A stretch of 64,000 bases of DNA from Piromyces finnis finn (Eukaryota > Fungi > Neocallimastigomycota): contig MCFH01000033.1 in the NCBI GenBank assembly GCA_002104945.1, forward strand, positions 496,001 through 560,000, read 5' to 3'. Of the stretch, positions 9,901 through 21,249 are shown piece after piece. Made by a program: the position numbers and the translations under genes. The notes under the pieces are model-generated. The model was not told the DNA's origin. It ran no database searches and saw only the letters and a list, made by a program, of their open reading frames with translations. The first letter of the stretch is position 1. The number at the start of each line of letters is the position of its first letter.

Positions 9901-12900
9901 TTTCTAATAAATGTTGATCCCATTCTTCAATAATCTTTTCCAAGTAGGTTGAGTTGGTACGCTTTTGAAGGCGAATGGCATAATCCTTTTCAACAGAGAA
10001 TGGTTCACCCATTAAGTTTGGAATGTAACGACCAACAAGGCACTTAACATCAACATCTTCCTTACGAACACTCTTATGAAGTAATTCACGGAAGGTTGGA
10101 ACACCCCATAATAAGTATGAAGAGTGGAATGGAACATCAATACCACGAAGTGGAATTGTAGCAGCACCTCTTTCAATTTGGAACCATTTTTCCTTAGCCT
10201 TACGTTCTTCAGCTAATTTAACATAATAAGTAATCTTTTCATTAACAAAGTCCATAGCTTGGTCAGCATCTTCCTTGTATAAAGAGATAAACTTCTTAGC
10301 TTCAGCACGAAGATTAGTTAATAAGTTCTTAAGAGCTTCAAGACTAACAAGATCACCAGTAGCAACATATTGGAAGTCTTCAACATTATAGTTAACAATT
10401 TCTAAAAGTCCACCATGTTCATTGTTAATCTTCTTAACAACTTCAACAAGTAAATCGAATGAGAAGTATGGGTGAACACGAACTGGATTAACAGCACACA
10501 TAGCATAATCGGAACGGTTTAATTCATCTCTTTCAACAGATGATTGCATAACAAGACCACGGTAGAATACAATTTCAGTCATACTTTCAATACTTAAAGT
10601 ATTGGCGACACAAGAAAGAGCAGCATATTCACCAAGAGAGTGACCAGCGAAAACAGCATCATCACAAATGTAACCATTTTCAAGCATATCTTCAAAAGCA
10701 GCTCTTTCAGTAATAGTAATAGCTGGTTGGGTGAATTGGGTGGCATTTAATAAACCGTTTGGTGATTTGTATTCATAGTAAAGAGTGTTTTCATCAATAT
10801 CTGGGAAAATACGCTTAGTTTGAACCTTTCCGTTAGAATCAATAATTTCACAAGTCATCTTGATGTAATTTTCTCTAATCTTTTCACCTTCTTCACCACC
10901 AAAGTAGACAGTAAGTGATTTTGGATTAGTACGAACAATTTCAAGAATTGAGTAACCATACTTCTTCATTAAGAAGGAATCAGCTCTATCCCAAACAGAC
11001 TTGGCAACACTAGATTTGTTGTATAAGTCTTGACCCATACCAACTTCTTGGGCACCTTGACCAGTAAAGACATAAGCAGTTGGCTTTTGCTTAACTTCAG
11101 CTTCACCTTCCATAACAGTTTCATTGGTACGTAAGTCCTTAACAGAAACCTTAATGATCTTTCTACCATTGTGCATACCAACATGAGTAAGAGTAGTCTT
11201 AAGTTCATCCTTTGGTGAAACCATACCAATGAAATTGACCTTGTAAGAAACAACACGTTCAGCACAATTATCAGCAGCATAGGTTTCAACGTAACGACGA
11301 GTAGCAGCACTAGTCCACATACCATGAGTAATTGGAACATCAAGATCAGCTAAGTTAGCAAAGTAGAAGTTAGTGTGAATTGGGTTAACATCACCAGAAG
11401 CAAGAGAGTAATCTTCATTAGTGTTTGGAGCACGTTGGAGAAGAGAAACACCCTTTGGAAGAATGTTGTAACCACCATTTTCAAAGTAAATCTTACGATC
11501 ATTAGCCTTAGCGTACTTCTTGATAAATTCAATAGCTGGGTTACCAAGAGTAGTTTCATTACCTTCTAACTTTTCATCAGTAGTACTGTCATAGTTGAAT
11601 TGACCAACTTCTTCCATTTGGAATCCATGGACAGCGCTATTATTAATGTAAATCTTACCCTTAGTAGTAATGCTACTGTAAGTAGTCTTAGTAGCGAAAC
11701 GCTTTTCAGTCTTTAACTTGAAGACTAACTTAACACCAATTTGAATCTTTTCTGGTTCAGTGAAAGAAACGTATTGACGAGTCATTAAAGCATTTAAGAT
11801 ATTTTCATCCTTAACTTCAAGAATGTATTCTGGTTCTTCACGGATGTTGAAAGTCATGTTGTAGTCATCAAACTTACCACGACATAAGAAACTACTGGTA
11901 ACCTTAACGTATTCCTTACCTTCTCTGAATACATGACCAGTAACTTCAATTAACTTACCGGAATCAAGGTTAGTAACAGCAGAAATGATAGAACGAGTAT
12001 CAACAACTTCTCCAACCTTTAATGGACGTGGGTCAACAACTTCGTAACCATTGTTCATATGGACTAAACGAGTAATATCGGCATCAAATTCCTTGGCGAA
12101 AATAGTCTTGAAGACAGAAACCCAAGAAGTAACAATAATAAAGTCCATAGATGGAACAAGCTTGTTAGATGGATGAGTGTAACGAGTAACGTCAGAGAAG
12201 AACTTAACATCTTCTTCAGTAACACGCTTCTTACACTTGTAAATGGTAGTAAGATCACCCCAACCATCACCAGAATCTTCTGGACCATACCATAATTTAT
12301 AGTAAAATTCAGCAATACGCTTGTTACGTCCTTCCATAACTTCATGGATTGGAGTACTACCTTGTTCTGGAGTGTAACGGAAGAGAAGTCTCATAACTTC
12401 AGCACCAGCAACACCTGGAACACCCCATTCACGTAAACCAACAGTAATAACGCGTTGATCATCAATTTCAGCTTCAAGAGCTGGGAGTTCCATACTACGG
12501 TTCCATCCAAAGATTTCAATCTTAGTAATATCACCCTTAGTATCGTGGAAGATCTTAACAATTTGAGAAGTACGTGGCTTAAAGACACGCTTGAAACGGT
12601 TGTGAGTGGTAGATTTGTTACGAGCAATAGTTGGAGTACATAATAAAGCTCTTAACCATCCATACTTTGGACCAGCCATGAATTCAATCCATTCCTTAGT
12701 ATCTGGTAATTGATCTTCTTGGTCTGGAAGAGTGTAAATCATAGTATTACCATCCTTTTCAACCTTAACATTGTCTGGAACTACAGAAACTTCAGCTGGG
12801 ATTGGAGTACCACCAAGATATTCAACTTCTGGAACTGCACGGTTGGCATAGTAACGAGATTCAATAGACTTAATGTGACTCTTAATAATTCCATCTAAGA

Positions 12901-15900
12901 TATCCTTGACTGGTTGGTTAACAATCTTAGAGTGACGGATAGCTACTGGACCTTGTAAAATAGCAACACGTTGTGGATCTTGGTCAACAACGGCATCTAA
13001 ATCTTCGGCTTGCCATAAACTATCACGCTTTAACCAAACGTGGAATTCTTCATCAAGAACACTAATGAATGGTGGTGGCTTTCTGTCCTTGTTACGAGTC
13101 AAGCCAATCAAGTATTGAACATCTTCAGTAGCTAATAATTCAGTACGAGCACCTGGAGCACGAGTATCAAAGAATTCCTTCATTAAAGCAACTGGGTCTT
13201 CAACAGCAAGGGATTGTGGGCTTTCAAGGAAAGTTGGAGTGTTTGGATCATTAACAAAACGTTCTTCAGTACGGTAAATGAAATCAGCAGTAGTCTTCAT
13301 GTGACTAACATCTAACCATTGCTTACGCTTTTGAACGAAAAGTAATTCAATTAAACGAAGGATAACTTGTTCATAAGTCATTTCTTCAATATCACATGGA
13401 GTACCATCAGCCTTCTTACCAAACCAAACCTTTTGGAAGTCCTTGTTAAGACGATCGATAATGTAATCCTTCTTTTCTAAGAGCTTGGCTAATCTCTTCT
13501 TTGGGTCTTGAATGGAGAAAATAGTTTGATCTAATTCCTTCCAGAACATAACACCACGAGTAGCAATCTTGTGGATTGGTTCACCATATTCAGAATCAAC
13601 AGTAACAACACCACCAACTGGGTGATCATAAGACTTTTCCCATTGAGATTGATCTTCAATACCTGGAGTGTTAACAATAACTTCCTTAATTCCGTCAGAA
13701 GTAAGAGCTTCCTTAGCAACACAAACACGAGAACCAACTAATAAACCATCAAATGGCATTGGTGGGTAACCAAGTTCAATACTCCAGTCACCAGTAATGA
13801 ATGGAAGAGTTTCAACATCATCACCAAAACCGGAACCAACAACAACAACAATGTTGGATTGTTTACGTAAAGCTGCATAAGTTTCAAGAATTGGAGCGTA
13901 AAAGTCTTCACAAGAGTGGTGACCACCACTACGACCACCAGTCCATTCAACAATAATTGGCATATCTGGGAAAGTACGAGCAATTTGAATAACCTTCATG
14001 ATAGTATCACGATTTCCTGGCTTAAAACCAATGTATGGAATACCAGCATCTTGAAGTTGTGGAATCATTTTCTTACAATATTCAAGAGATGGAACACCAG
14101 CGGCAATAGTAATACCTTCAATACGAATTCCACGATTCTTACGCATATCTAAAACAGCTGGGAATTGGAAGGCCCAAAGACGTTGATTTAAAAAGACAAT
14201 GTTACAAAGCATACCTTCACCATCTGGAATCTTCTTAACAATTTCATCAATACATTTATCTAAAACTTCTGGGGCGTATAAAGCACCACAACCGATTTCA
14301 ACATTGTAACCAGCATTGACAACAGCAGAAACAAATTGTGGGTTAGCAGTAGTTGGGGTCATACCACCAACAAGAAGAGGTGGACGACCAGTTAAACGTG
14401 AGTAACGAGTATCCATTAAAAGTTCACCATCGGCATTCTTAATAAGCTTTGGAGCAAATTCTTTAGCCCAGTTAATACCGTATGGTAAATCAGTAAGTTC
14501 AGTAGTGTAAGCATACATCTTACACTTCAAGTCTGGGTTAGTACTAGCAATAGTACCAGAAAGAATAACTTGAACACCAGTACCTTCTTTGTTCTTTTGA
14601 ATAAGAGAACCAATACCAGAAGCACCACCTGGTCCAAAATCTAAAACATGAGTTAAACCTGGAACATTAGTTGCCTTAACCCAATCAACTGGTAAAATAC
14701 AGATTTGGTTAACAACAGATTCAACAACATCAGAAACTTCAGTTTCTTCCTTCATATCAACACCATTGTCAGTACGGTAAACTGGAATAGCTAACTTTTC
14801 AGTTGGGAAAGAAATGTTAAATTTAGCAGCATCTTCAACAACAAGTTGAGCAGCATCCTTTAAGATTTCATTGTGAGCTGGAATAGTAACTGAAAGGAAT
14901 TTCATGGTGAAGATTTGCTTTCTCTTAGAGAATGGAATACGTGATTGATCTTCGTTTGGACCAGCTTGGATTTTCTTAAGAGACATCTTAAGATTTTGAA
15001 GAGATTCTGGAGCACCAGTAACAACAATCATACGAAGACCGTTAATAAGAGAGATAGTAACCTTACGAGAAGTGTTTTCAATGAAACCATTTAATTCATT
15101 AACTTTTTGACGAACAACGGCTTCTGGTAAACCGTTAATAGAAAGCATACAAGTTGGCATATCATTTTCATCATTATTTTCAGCAATTTCATGTAAAGTT
15201 TCTGGAGATAATGGAGTAATAGCAAAGATTTGTTGTGAGCGAGCACCAATTAAGAATAAAAGAGAAACAGCTTTCTTTGAGTTTTCTAAGTATTCTTCTT
15301 CGGTACCAGAAGAAGCAATAACCACAGAAGTAACTAAACCTTGAGAATGACCAGTAGTACCAGCGAATAAACGACGAGCCCAATCTGGAGTCTTACGGAA
15401 AGTGCGGAAAAGAATTAAGTATTGAACTAATTGAACAATACCAATTAATGGGAAGGAAACTGGAGCAGAGTCAAGGTAAGCATTTTCTGGAAGAGATTCT
15501 GGATTACGTAACCACTTTAAAATATCAAGACCTTGTTTGTAAGTACGTTCAAATTCTGGCTTAGAAGCTAAATCCTTTAAAACAATTGAAAGTTCAGCAA
15601 TATAATCACGAACGATAGCACCATAGATAGTGTAAGCTTGAAGGATTTCGTTGAAACCTGGGTAACCTTGACCACCGAAAACAGCAAGGGCAAGGGCATC
15701 ACCAGCACGAACAGCCTTAGCTAAAGCTGGTTCAATTGGTAAGAAATTAGCAATAGCATTTGAGGCTTCTTCATCCTTTTGTAAATAATCGAAAACGGTG
15801 TAGAAATGTTGAATAACTTGAATACGGTATTCATGATCAAAATGACGAGTTCTAATATGAATATCGTTACCCTTAAGGAAACGAGAACTAAAATCAATAA

Positions 15901-16324
15901 ATAAATTAATTAATAAACCAGTAATATCCTTTTGAGTTAAAAGAGTCTTATTATCGGCTTGGTAACGAGTGGAAAATTCCATGAAGTTAATGTAAATCCA
16001 GAAACCATTTAAAGTATTTTTCTTTTCAATATCTTCTTCATCAGAAGCAAAAGTATTTTCAAATGAAGAATTGAAATCATAAGCAATTTGTTCAGCACAA
16101 GACCAGTTTTCTTCTGGAATGTGAATAGTGAACTTAAAGTTTTCAATGATTTTATCAAAAACTAATAAACGAGTGGAGTTGCTTTCAATTTTAGATTCGG
16201 CAACTGGAGCTTCAGCAGCAACTGAGGCTTCAACCTTAGCAACATTCTTTTGGTTCTTAAGAACCTTTGGAGATACAGTAGTAGTGTTTTCTGTATCTGG
16301 TTCAATAGTAGAGATAGCACCCAT
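3902..16324 (-). CDS. FAS: single-chain fungal type I fatty acid synthase (beta+alpha fusion): AT-ER-DH-MPT-ACP-ACP-KR-KS-PPT
   Basis: Intronless 4140-aa ORF with AT GHSQG, ER GGHHS, DH SGDVNPIH, MPT GHSLGEY, two ACP GGRSTVQNE, KR PNHGTFGGDGLYGESK, KS TPVGACAS / FHGTGT / GHGKGA, and PPT GVGVDV...RWAAKEA. Confidence 0.98.
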   Translation of the reverse strand: MGAISTIEPDTENTTTVSPKVLKNQKNVAKVEASVAAEAPVAESKIESNSTRLLVFDKIIENFKFTIHIPEENWSCAEQIAYDFNSSFENTFASDEEDIEKKNTLNGFWIYINFMEFSTRYQADNKTLLTQKDITGLLINLFIDFSSRFLKGNDIHIRTRHFDHEYRIQVIQHFYTVFDYLQKDEEASNAIANFLPIEPALAKAVRAGDALALAVFGGQGYPGFNEILQAYTIYGAIVRDYIAELSIVLKDLASKPEFERTYKQGLDILKWLRNPESLPENAYLDSAPVSFPLIGIVQLVQYLILFRTFRKTPDWARRLFAGTTGHSQGLVTSVVIASSGTEEEYLENSKKAVSLLFLIGARSQQIFAITPLSPETLHEIAENNDENDMPTCMLSINGLPEAVVRQKVNELNGFIENTSRKVTISLINGLRMIVVTGAPESLQNLKMSLKKIQAGPNEDQSRIPFSKRKQIFTMKFLSVTIPAHNEILKDAAQLVVEDAAKFNISFPTEKLAIPVYRTDNGVDMKEETEVSDVVESVVNQICILPVDWVKATNVPGLTHVLDFGPGGASGIGSLIQKNKEGTGVQVILSGTIASTNPDLKCKMYAYTTELTDLPYGINWAKEFAPKLIKNADGELLMDTRYSRLTGRPPLLVGGMTPTTANPQFVSAVVNAGYNVEIGCGALYAPEVLDKCIDEIVKKIPDGEGMLCNIVFLNQRLWAFQFPAVLDMRKNRGIRIEGITIAAGVPSLEYCKKMIPQLQDAGIPYIGFKPGNRDTIMKVIQIARTFPDMPIIVEWTGGRSGGHHSCEDFYAPILETYAALRKQSNIVVVVGSGFGDDVETLPFITGDWSIELGYPPMPFDGLLVGSRVCVAKEALTSDGIKEVIVNTPGIEDQSQWEKSYDHPVGGVVTVDSEYGEPIHKIATRGVMFWKELDQTIFSIQDPKKRLAKLLEKKDYIIDRLNKDFQKVWFGKKADGTPCDIEEMTYEQVILRLIELLFVQKRKQWLDVSHMKTTADFIYRTEERFVNDPNTPTFLESPQSLAVEDPVALMKEFFDTRAPGARTELLATEDVQYLIGLTRNKDRKPPPFISVLDEEFHVWLKRDSLWQAEDLDAVVDQDPQRVAILQGPVAIRHSKIVNQPVKDILDGIIKSHIKSIESRYYANRAVPEVEYLGGTPIPAEVSVVPDNVKVEKDGNTMIYTLPDQEDQLPDTKEWIEFMAGPKYGWLRALLCTPTIARNKSTTHNRFKRVFKPRTSQIVKIFHDTKGDITKIEIFGWNRSMELPALEAEIDDQRVITVGLREWGVPGVAGAEVMRLLFRYTPEQGSTPIHEVMEGRNKRIAEFYYKLWYGPEDSGDGWGDLTTIYKCKKRVTEEDVKFFSDVTRYTHPSNKLVPSMDFIIVTSWVSVFKTIFAKEFDADITRLVHMNNGYEVVDPRPLKVGEVVDTRSIISAVTNLDSGKLIEVTGHVFREGKEYVKVTSSFLCRGKFDDYNMTFNIREEPEYILEVKDENILNALMTRQYVSFTEPEKIQIGVKLVFKLKTEKRFATKTTYSSITTKGKIYINNSAVHGFQMEEVGQFNYDSTTDEKLEGNETTLGNPAIEFIKKYAKANDRKIYFENGGYNILPKGVSLLQRAPNTNEDYSLASGDVNPIHTNFYFANLADLDVPITHGMWTSAATRRYVETYAADNCAERVVSYKVNFIGMVSPKDELKTTLTHVGMHNGRKIIKVSVKDLRTNETVMEGEAEVKQKPTAYVFTGQGAQEVGMGQDLYNKSSVAKSVWDRADSFLMKKYGYSILEIVRTNPKSLTVYFGGEEGEKIRENYIKMTCEIIDSNGKVQTKRIFPDIDENTLYYEYKSPNGLLNATQFTQPAITITERAAFEDMLENGYICDDAVFAGHSLGEYAALSCVANTLSIESMTEIVFYRGLVMQSSVERDELNRSDYAMCAVNPVRVHPYFSFDLLVEVVKKINNEHGGLLEIVNYNVEDFQYVATGDLVSLEALKNLLTNLRAEAKKFISLYKEDADQAMDFVNEKITYYVKLAEERKAKEKWFQIERGAATIPLRGIDVPFHSSYLLWGVPTFRELLHKSVRKEDVDVKCLVGRYIPNLMGEPFSVEKDYAIRLQKRTNSTYLEKIIEEWDQHLLEIPYIIMIELLSYQLASAVQWIKTQEYLFNSSKKGGVDIERLIEFGPTPTLVGMAKRTLAKNYSKSDLALGKKRQLLAYSKDTAEIYYELDDMNFEEEEAAPAPAPVEAPKAAPAPVPAPVPVAAPAPVAAAPAAAVGDAPVTASEIIRVILAQKLKKSLSEIPMTKSIKELSGGRSTVQNEVSGDLHTEFGGNSIPLKAEELSLEDLGKQISSNFNGSLGKYTTQMINRMLSGKMPAGFNASAVKNYLANSYGLGKGRTDGVLLVATTMEPSSRLGSEADAQAWLDSVVSTYSSATGVSISKGSAAPAAAAPVAMPVAMPVAAAPAAPAAAVGDAPIAPNEIIRVMLAQKLKKTINEIPMSKSIKELSGGRSTVQNEVSGDLHTEFGGNSIPLKAEELAISELGSAIGANHSGKLGKYTSTMVNRMLSGKMPAGFSASKAKEYLKSSYGLGERRTDGVLLYSTTIEPSSRLGSEADAQAWLDKAVELYSSANSLGLSKGGAGGAVAAAVPGVAAMGMVNSAEVTALRMKQDSLIREQLETYAKYLGVDLREDQKKLVASAESTAKLQSDLDIWFEEHGEDYANGIKPMFSSMKARVFDSSWNWGYQDFWFMVYDILAGEKKDADAIISSDLFRTMVNRANNSLRQQIEFVHKKVVADQKDAEIKATLEKVTAALLEEIEKSSGKPIFKFNGPFQAPHAIIDEQGQMIYKEVPRKGIETSSDYVKEMEDGAMQTIGSITKKVPYLFVRDQAANGVDNIDEAMSKVYLNELKKIAEDGISFAGKHVLITGCGRNSIGECVVKYLLAGGAKVVATTSSYRRKTLEHFRSVYEQVGTKGSALVVVPFNQGSKKDVNDLIEFIYSKDSRSNGLGWDLDLVIPFAAISENGRDISDLDGKSELAHRIMLTNVIRILGAIRTQKMKVRSLVSAQVILPLSPNHGTFGGDGLYGESKIGLENLLNRWRSETWSKYLSITGACIGWTRGTGLMNSNNLISEGIESVGNCRTFTTTEMAFNIIGLVSDVMVSLSRKNPIYADLNGGMQYMADMNVALRQIREKMVNESEKKKLVIDEDKAHTEIIGANKVEEKRTVEPRSNIRIEFPELKSREQLKDMEYLRDLLDLDRVVVVTGYGEVGPYGNCRTRWEMEAEGKFSLEGCVELAWIMGFIKHVTFKQMPDGTLYSGWVDAKSGAPIKDIDIKATYEKDILAHTGIRLIEPELFNGYNPEKKKFLQEVMVDTDLPPFEASKEEAETFKRQHEENVEVYEVGDGRYMVRILKGASIYVAKALQFDRLVAGQLPTGWDPARYGIPKDIIEQVDIITCYCIVSAVEALVSAGITDPYEFYEYVHVSEVGNACGSGVGAEIANRAIFKDRFLDKPLQSDILQETFVNTMSAWINLLLLSSSGPIRTPVGACASAVESLDIGIDTILSGKAKVVFVGGYDDFQEEGSYEFAQMKATSNSREEMAKGREPDEMSRPTASSRGGFMEAQGVGTQVLMPASLALKMGVPIYGIIAHSATATDKEGRSVPAPGQGILTTAREVGNGKSPLLNPKYRARQLNARKRWIKSWVEEELELMNEEVKDMEGESQEVIDAFIEERTAFIDAEARKQEKEAFQVWGQEFYKNDPTISPLRGALAAFGLTVDDIGVASFHGTGTKANDKNESDVFNKQFEHLGRTKGNACPVVCQKYLTGHGKGAAAAWMLNGVIQILQTGIVPGNRNADNIDPLLEKYEHLWFNNKTFKTPGVKAGLLKSFGFGQVGGEILVVHPDCLFATLDENTYNAYKAKRDIREHKAFRKLHDTLTGEDFVQVKDEPPYTPEQESAVYLNPLARASYNKKTKKWDYEQQFAKKNEKKAPTEDTQAMNAILKQMADNTVDSKVGNGVGVDVALISEINIENESFVERNFTSTEINYCKSKPDARSSFAGRWAAKEAVIKAISSYSLEAQKIWEGAGAPLKDIEVVMAESGAPKVLLSQELKDKIKSVGVNDVKVTISHSGQFAIAMAYAN
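8405..9495 (-). repeat. internal tandem duplication of the ACP domain within FAS (period 588 nt = 196 codons)
   Basis: Two copies of GDAP..EIIRV.LAQKLKK...KSIKELSGGRSTVQNEVSGDLHTEFGGNSIPLKAEEL...GKMPAGF...EPSSRLGSEADAQAWLD, each preceded by an Ala/Pro-rich linker. Confidence 0.95.
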
Positions 16325-19300
16325 AATGATGTTTATATAATAATTCTAAAAATATCTATTAAATTAAAATAAAATATTATTAGTTTCATATTTTGATATA
16401 TTCAAATAATTTTTAAATATTTTATTCTATGTTTATAAATATTGCTCTTTCTAAAATATTCCTTATTAATAAAAATATATTTTATTATTCCATTATAGCT
16501 TTTTTGATTTATTATTTCATAATCATATATTAAAACTAATATATTATAATATATGTTGTTTTTTAAAAAATTATTATTGATGATTGGCTAAATTTTTAAT
16601 AAAAAATTATTAAAAAATTATTTTTTGGGGATTAAATTCATTTTAATTAAAATCGAGTTACAGAAAATACAAAAAAAATTTTGAAATATATATTATATTA
16701 TTTAAAATAAAATAAATAATTATTTTATATTTATTTATTTTATTAAAATTATTGTTTCTTTTAACAATATATTTTTATATTATATTTTATTTACTAGTCC
16801 AGTTTTTGGTTGTCATTTATAAAAAAGTATATAATATTTGTAACAACTATTGTAATATTTTCTTTTTATTTTGTTCTTATAGATATTACTTCAAAGTTCT
16901 CTGTATCTTAATGACCTATTTTACTATAATTATATAAATAATCATATTTACCTTTTTATAATTTAATATGAAAAAAATCTAAAAATAGTAAATATTTTCT
17001 ATAATATAATTTTATCTAATACAATTTTTTAGTTTAAATATTTATAAAATAATTTTTTAAAGAAGAGAGGAAAACTATTTTAAAAATATTAAAAACAATA
17101 ACTTAAAATAAATATTAACTACTAAAGAAGAGAGTATAGTTAATAATTTTCTAAAGTTTAACTGTTTTATAAATAATATTAAAAGTAAAAAAAAATTCCT
17201 TTGCTTTTTTTAAAATTAATAAAAATTAAAAAGAGTTAAAGGAACAATTTAAAAATATAAAAAAAACTTGCTTTACTATAAAAGTTTTTATATATATTCT
17301 TTGAATTGTATTATTTATTGAGTGTGAGTAAAAAAAAAAAAAAAAAAATAAAAGAAAGTTCAAAAATAATCTTTTTATAGGATTTAAAAAAAAATAATAA
17401 ATTTAAAAACAAATGAATTGCTAATATATGTTAATATAAAAAATTTACTTTCAATATTAATTTGAAATATTAAAAAATATATTAATTAAAATATCAAAAA
17501 TTTTATTTTTAATTAATAAATAAATATAAATGAATAAATAAATAAAGCATAAAGAAATTGTAATTAGAAAAATTATAAAATTAAAAAAAAAGAAATCAAA
17601 ATATATATTTATTTTATATAAAATATGTACCAAACTATTCTACTTTCTGCCATATCATTTTTCTAATATTGTAAAGTTTAAGCATGCTTTCATATAAAAA
17701 AGGCGTCATTAAAAAATGAATGAATACATTATATTAATCTAAATAAATATTTGGGAATGTAAAGTTAATAAACATGTTGAATATAAAACAAATACTTCAA
17801 CCCAATAATTTGACTTGAAATATATTATATGAATAAAAAAAAAGGTATTAAACAACAAATTTTGATAGAATATGCTCGGTCATATAATAAAATTGTTTTT
17901 AATTTATTATAATATATTACGTAATAAATTAATTATAATAATAGTAATAGTTACTTGAGTATATTTATATTTATTTTCAAATTTTAGTTATGATATATAA
18001 TATATGTTACAATATATATTATTATATATTTAAGAATATTATCCATTCTTTATTGAATCTTTATTAAAAATTTAAGTATCAAAATATATTTATTTAATAT
18101 ATTATAGAATATATTAAATAAATCTATTGTTTATAATTATTTTTTGTGTTTAAATGTTTATTATCATATATACTAAATGTATAATAAATATATTCATTTC
18201 AATATATTATTAATATATTATCCTAAATATTTCCCAAAAAAAAAAGTGAATTTACACCTTAAATACTCAGTACATTATATAGATTGTGACAATATAGGCT
18301 AAATACAAAAGTATATGATTATTAATATATTGCTACATATATTAGCATACATATGCAATTACATTTCTTATAAATTACATATTCTAGACTTAATCAGTTG
18401 TTTCATTGGTTAAAATATCAATATGTTTGTTGAATAAATAAATGAATGAGTAAATAAATTCTAAAGATGATAATCAAATAATAAAAGAAAAGCTATTAAT
18501 AAAAAGTAAATTTATATTTTAATTAGAACCTACGGAAAATACTTTTATATAATTAAAGATTTTTAATAGGATTTAAACAAAATAAGCGGATAACCTTCAT
18601 TATACGATAAAAATAAATGAATTGTTTTTATTCTTTTACATTATTATGTATTTTATAAAATTTTGTTTTTAGTGTAATTAAAAACTTTATAAAATTATTT
18701 ATTATTAATCAAAACTATATGTTCTTAGTAATGATTTAAAATAATTCTACACCTTTCCTTCATTCAAACAAAGCAAATGGTATTGTAATTAATTTAATAA
18801 AAAAAAATTATACATTCCTTTGGGGATTTAATATAATATATTGAATTTATTTATAAGTTGACTACTATTTAATATATTATTTTAATTTAATTTATCACAT
18901 ATTAAATGAATATATTGATAATAAAATAAATATATATATAAAAACCAATGATTATTATTGCTGAAATATTAATATATTTCCACTTTATATTAAGCATTTA
19001 ATTTGTTAAATGTATTATATATGTACAACTATAATTTGATTATATATCGGTTTAAGATTAAGTGCATTCATACTAATAAATTAAATTATGAATAAATTTT
19101 CCTATTATTAATTGATAATTGTGATAACTATTTTTCTACTTAATAGGAAGATAAATAGGATACTTTTATATTAATGTTTTAAAATTTTTATGTGAAAATA
19201 AAAAAAGATATTGGGGAAAACCTAGGATTCGTCAAGTGGAATAATAAAAAAGATTAACAAAAAAATAATTAATGTGGAAAACAAACTAAATAAAAAATAT

Positions 19301-20819
19301 TTTTTAATAATTGGAAATATTATTATTATATATCACTATATTCAACGTTTATTATAATATATTTAAAAAATAAAAGAAATCTAGAATAACATTTAATTAT
19401 AAAATAGACTTAACTTTTTTTTTTTTTTTTGAAATTTCAATACTGTTGCACAGATAGATTAACAAAAATAAAACAAAAATGTCGAATGAAACCAATTAAA
19501 TATTTTTATTCAATTAGGATAAATAGTATTAAAAAAATTAATAGATTTTAAGTACTTGTTAAAAAAAAAAAAAGTATGAAAGCAAAATAAAACAGCACTT
19601 TTTCTTAGGGAATTTTATATTAATTATTTGCTATTCTTTTATTATAAAACAAAATAATATTAAAGGATTTTATGATAATTAATCTGATTATTAAAGGATA
19701 AAACAGTTTTAAAATTTTAATAATAATTTTTATATTTTTAATAATTAAGTATTAACATAAATGGAAATTTAATTAGTATAGTTTAAAATTTTGGGGAAAA
19801 AAAAAAGTATTTTTTTTATTTATAACTCAATGTGAAAAGCATGACATCTAAAATAATAATTTATAATAGGAAGGACAATAATATTTATTTTAATTATTAA
19901 TACATTTATAGAATGCATCTACAAATAAAACAGATAAAACCAACATTCTTAATTTGATAATCTAACCTTCAATATATAAGGTAGAATATGGAAATAAACT
20001 GATATTTTATATATAAATAATTACAAACAAATATCTTAAACATGTGGATATCTTAAATTACAATTTAATTATTCCAATAACTATAATAAATATATAAATA
20101 ATATTATATAGATAGATTAATATATTATATTTATTAATATCGAGGAGAGAGTAATTTACTTGTCAAAGAAGTAGACAAAAAAAAACTCTTTAAAAATTCT
20201 ATTAATCTACTTTTGACTTTTTTAAATATTAGTGTTTTTAAAAATAATAATATTTTTTATTTAATAATTAATACTATTTGAATAAAATAAAAAAAATAAT
20301 GAAATAATAAAATTGTCAATAATTTTATGAAAAATTCTTATAAGGAAATAAAGATATCTTTTAATATTGATATATATGATTTGAACTTTTTTAAATATTA
20401 AAAATAAAAAAAAACGTCGTCCTCTTTAACTGTATATGGCATGTCTTTTTTTTTTTTTTTTTTTTTACTCAAACTTAGTAAATGAAATAAATGACATTCT
20501 TATTAAATCTACTTCAGACTAATATATATTATTAGTTTTATTTTAAATGTATAAGATATTAATTGATATAAAAAATAATATATATAAAAATGTATTCAAA
20601 ATATATTCATGTCATTTACAGTTTAAATACTAGAAAATGAATATAAAACTATCTTTTTGAAAGAATATAAACTCCTATAATAAGAAAAATATATTATAAT
20701 ATTTTTATTAATATTTGTTCTTTTATATATATTATTTTATTATCTTATAAATTAATAATTTATTATTATATCTATTAACTATGTTTTTATAATTCATATT
20801 TTTTTTCATTACTATTACT

Positions 20820-21249
20820 ATTTTATTTTATTTTATTTTATTTTATTTTATTTTATTTTATTTTATTTTATTTTATTTTTTTTTTTTTTTTTTTTTATTT
20901 TATTTTATTTTATTTTATTTTATTTTATTTTATTTTATTTTATTTTATTTTATTTTATTTTTATTTTATTTTATTTTATTTTATTTTATTTTATTTTATT
21001 TTATTTTATTTTATTTTATTTTATTTTATTTTATTTTATTTTATTTTATTTTATTTTATTTTATTTTATTTTATTTTATTTTTATTTTATTTTATTTTAT
21101 TTTATTTTATTTTATTTTTATTTTATTTTATTTTATTTTATTTTATTTTATTTTATTTTATTTTATTTTATTTTATTTTATTTTATTTTATTTTATTTTA
21201 TTTTTATTTTATTTTATTTTATTTTATTTTATTTTATTTTATTTTATTT
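20820..21249. repeat. (TTTTA)n microsatellite, ~430 bp, with an internal poly-T run
   Basis: Directly visible. Confidence 0.95.

Noticed and set aside
5554-16340. Numerous short ORFs overlapping FAS
   Set aside because: By-products of strong codon bias in the FAS frame, with no independent motifs.
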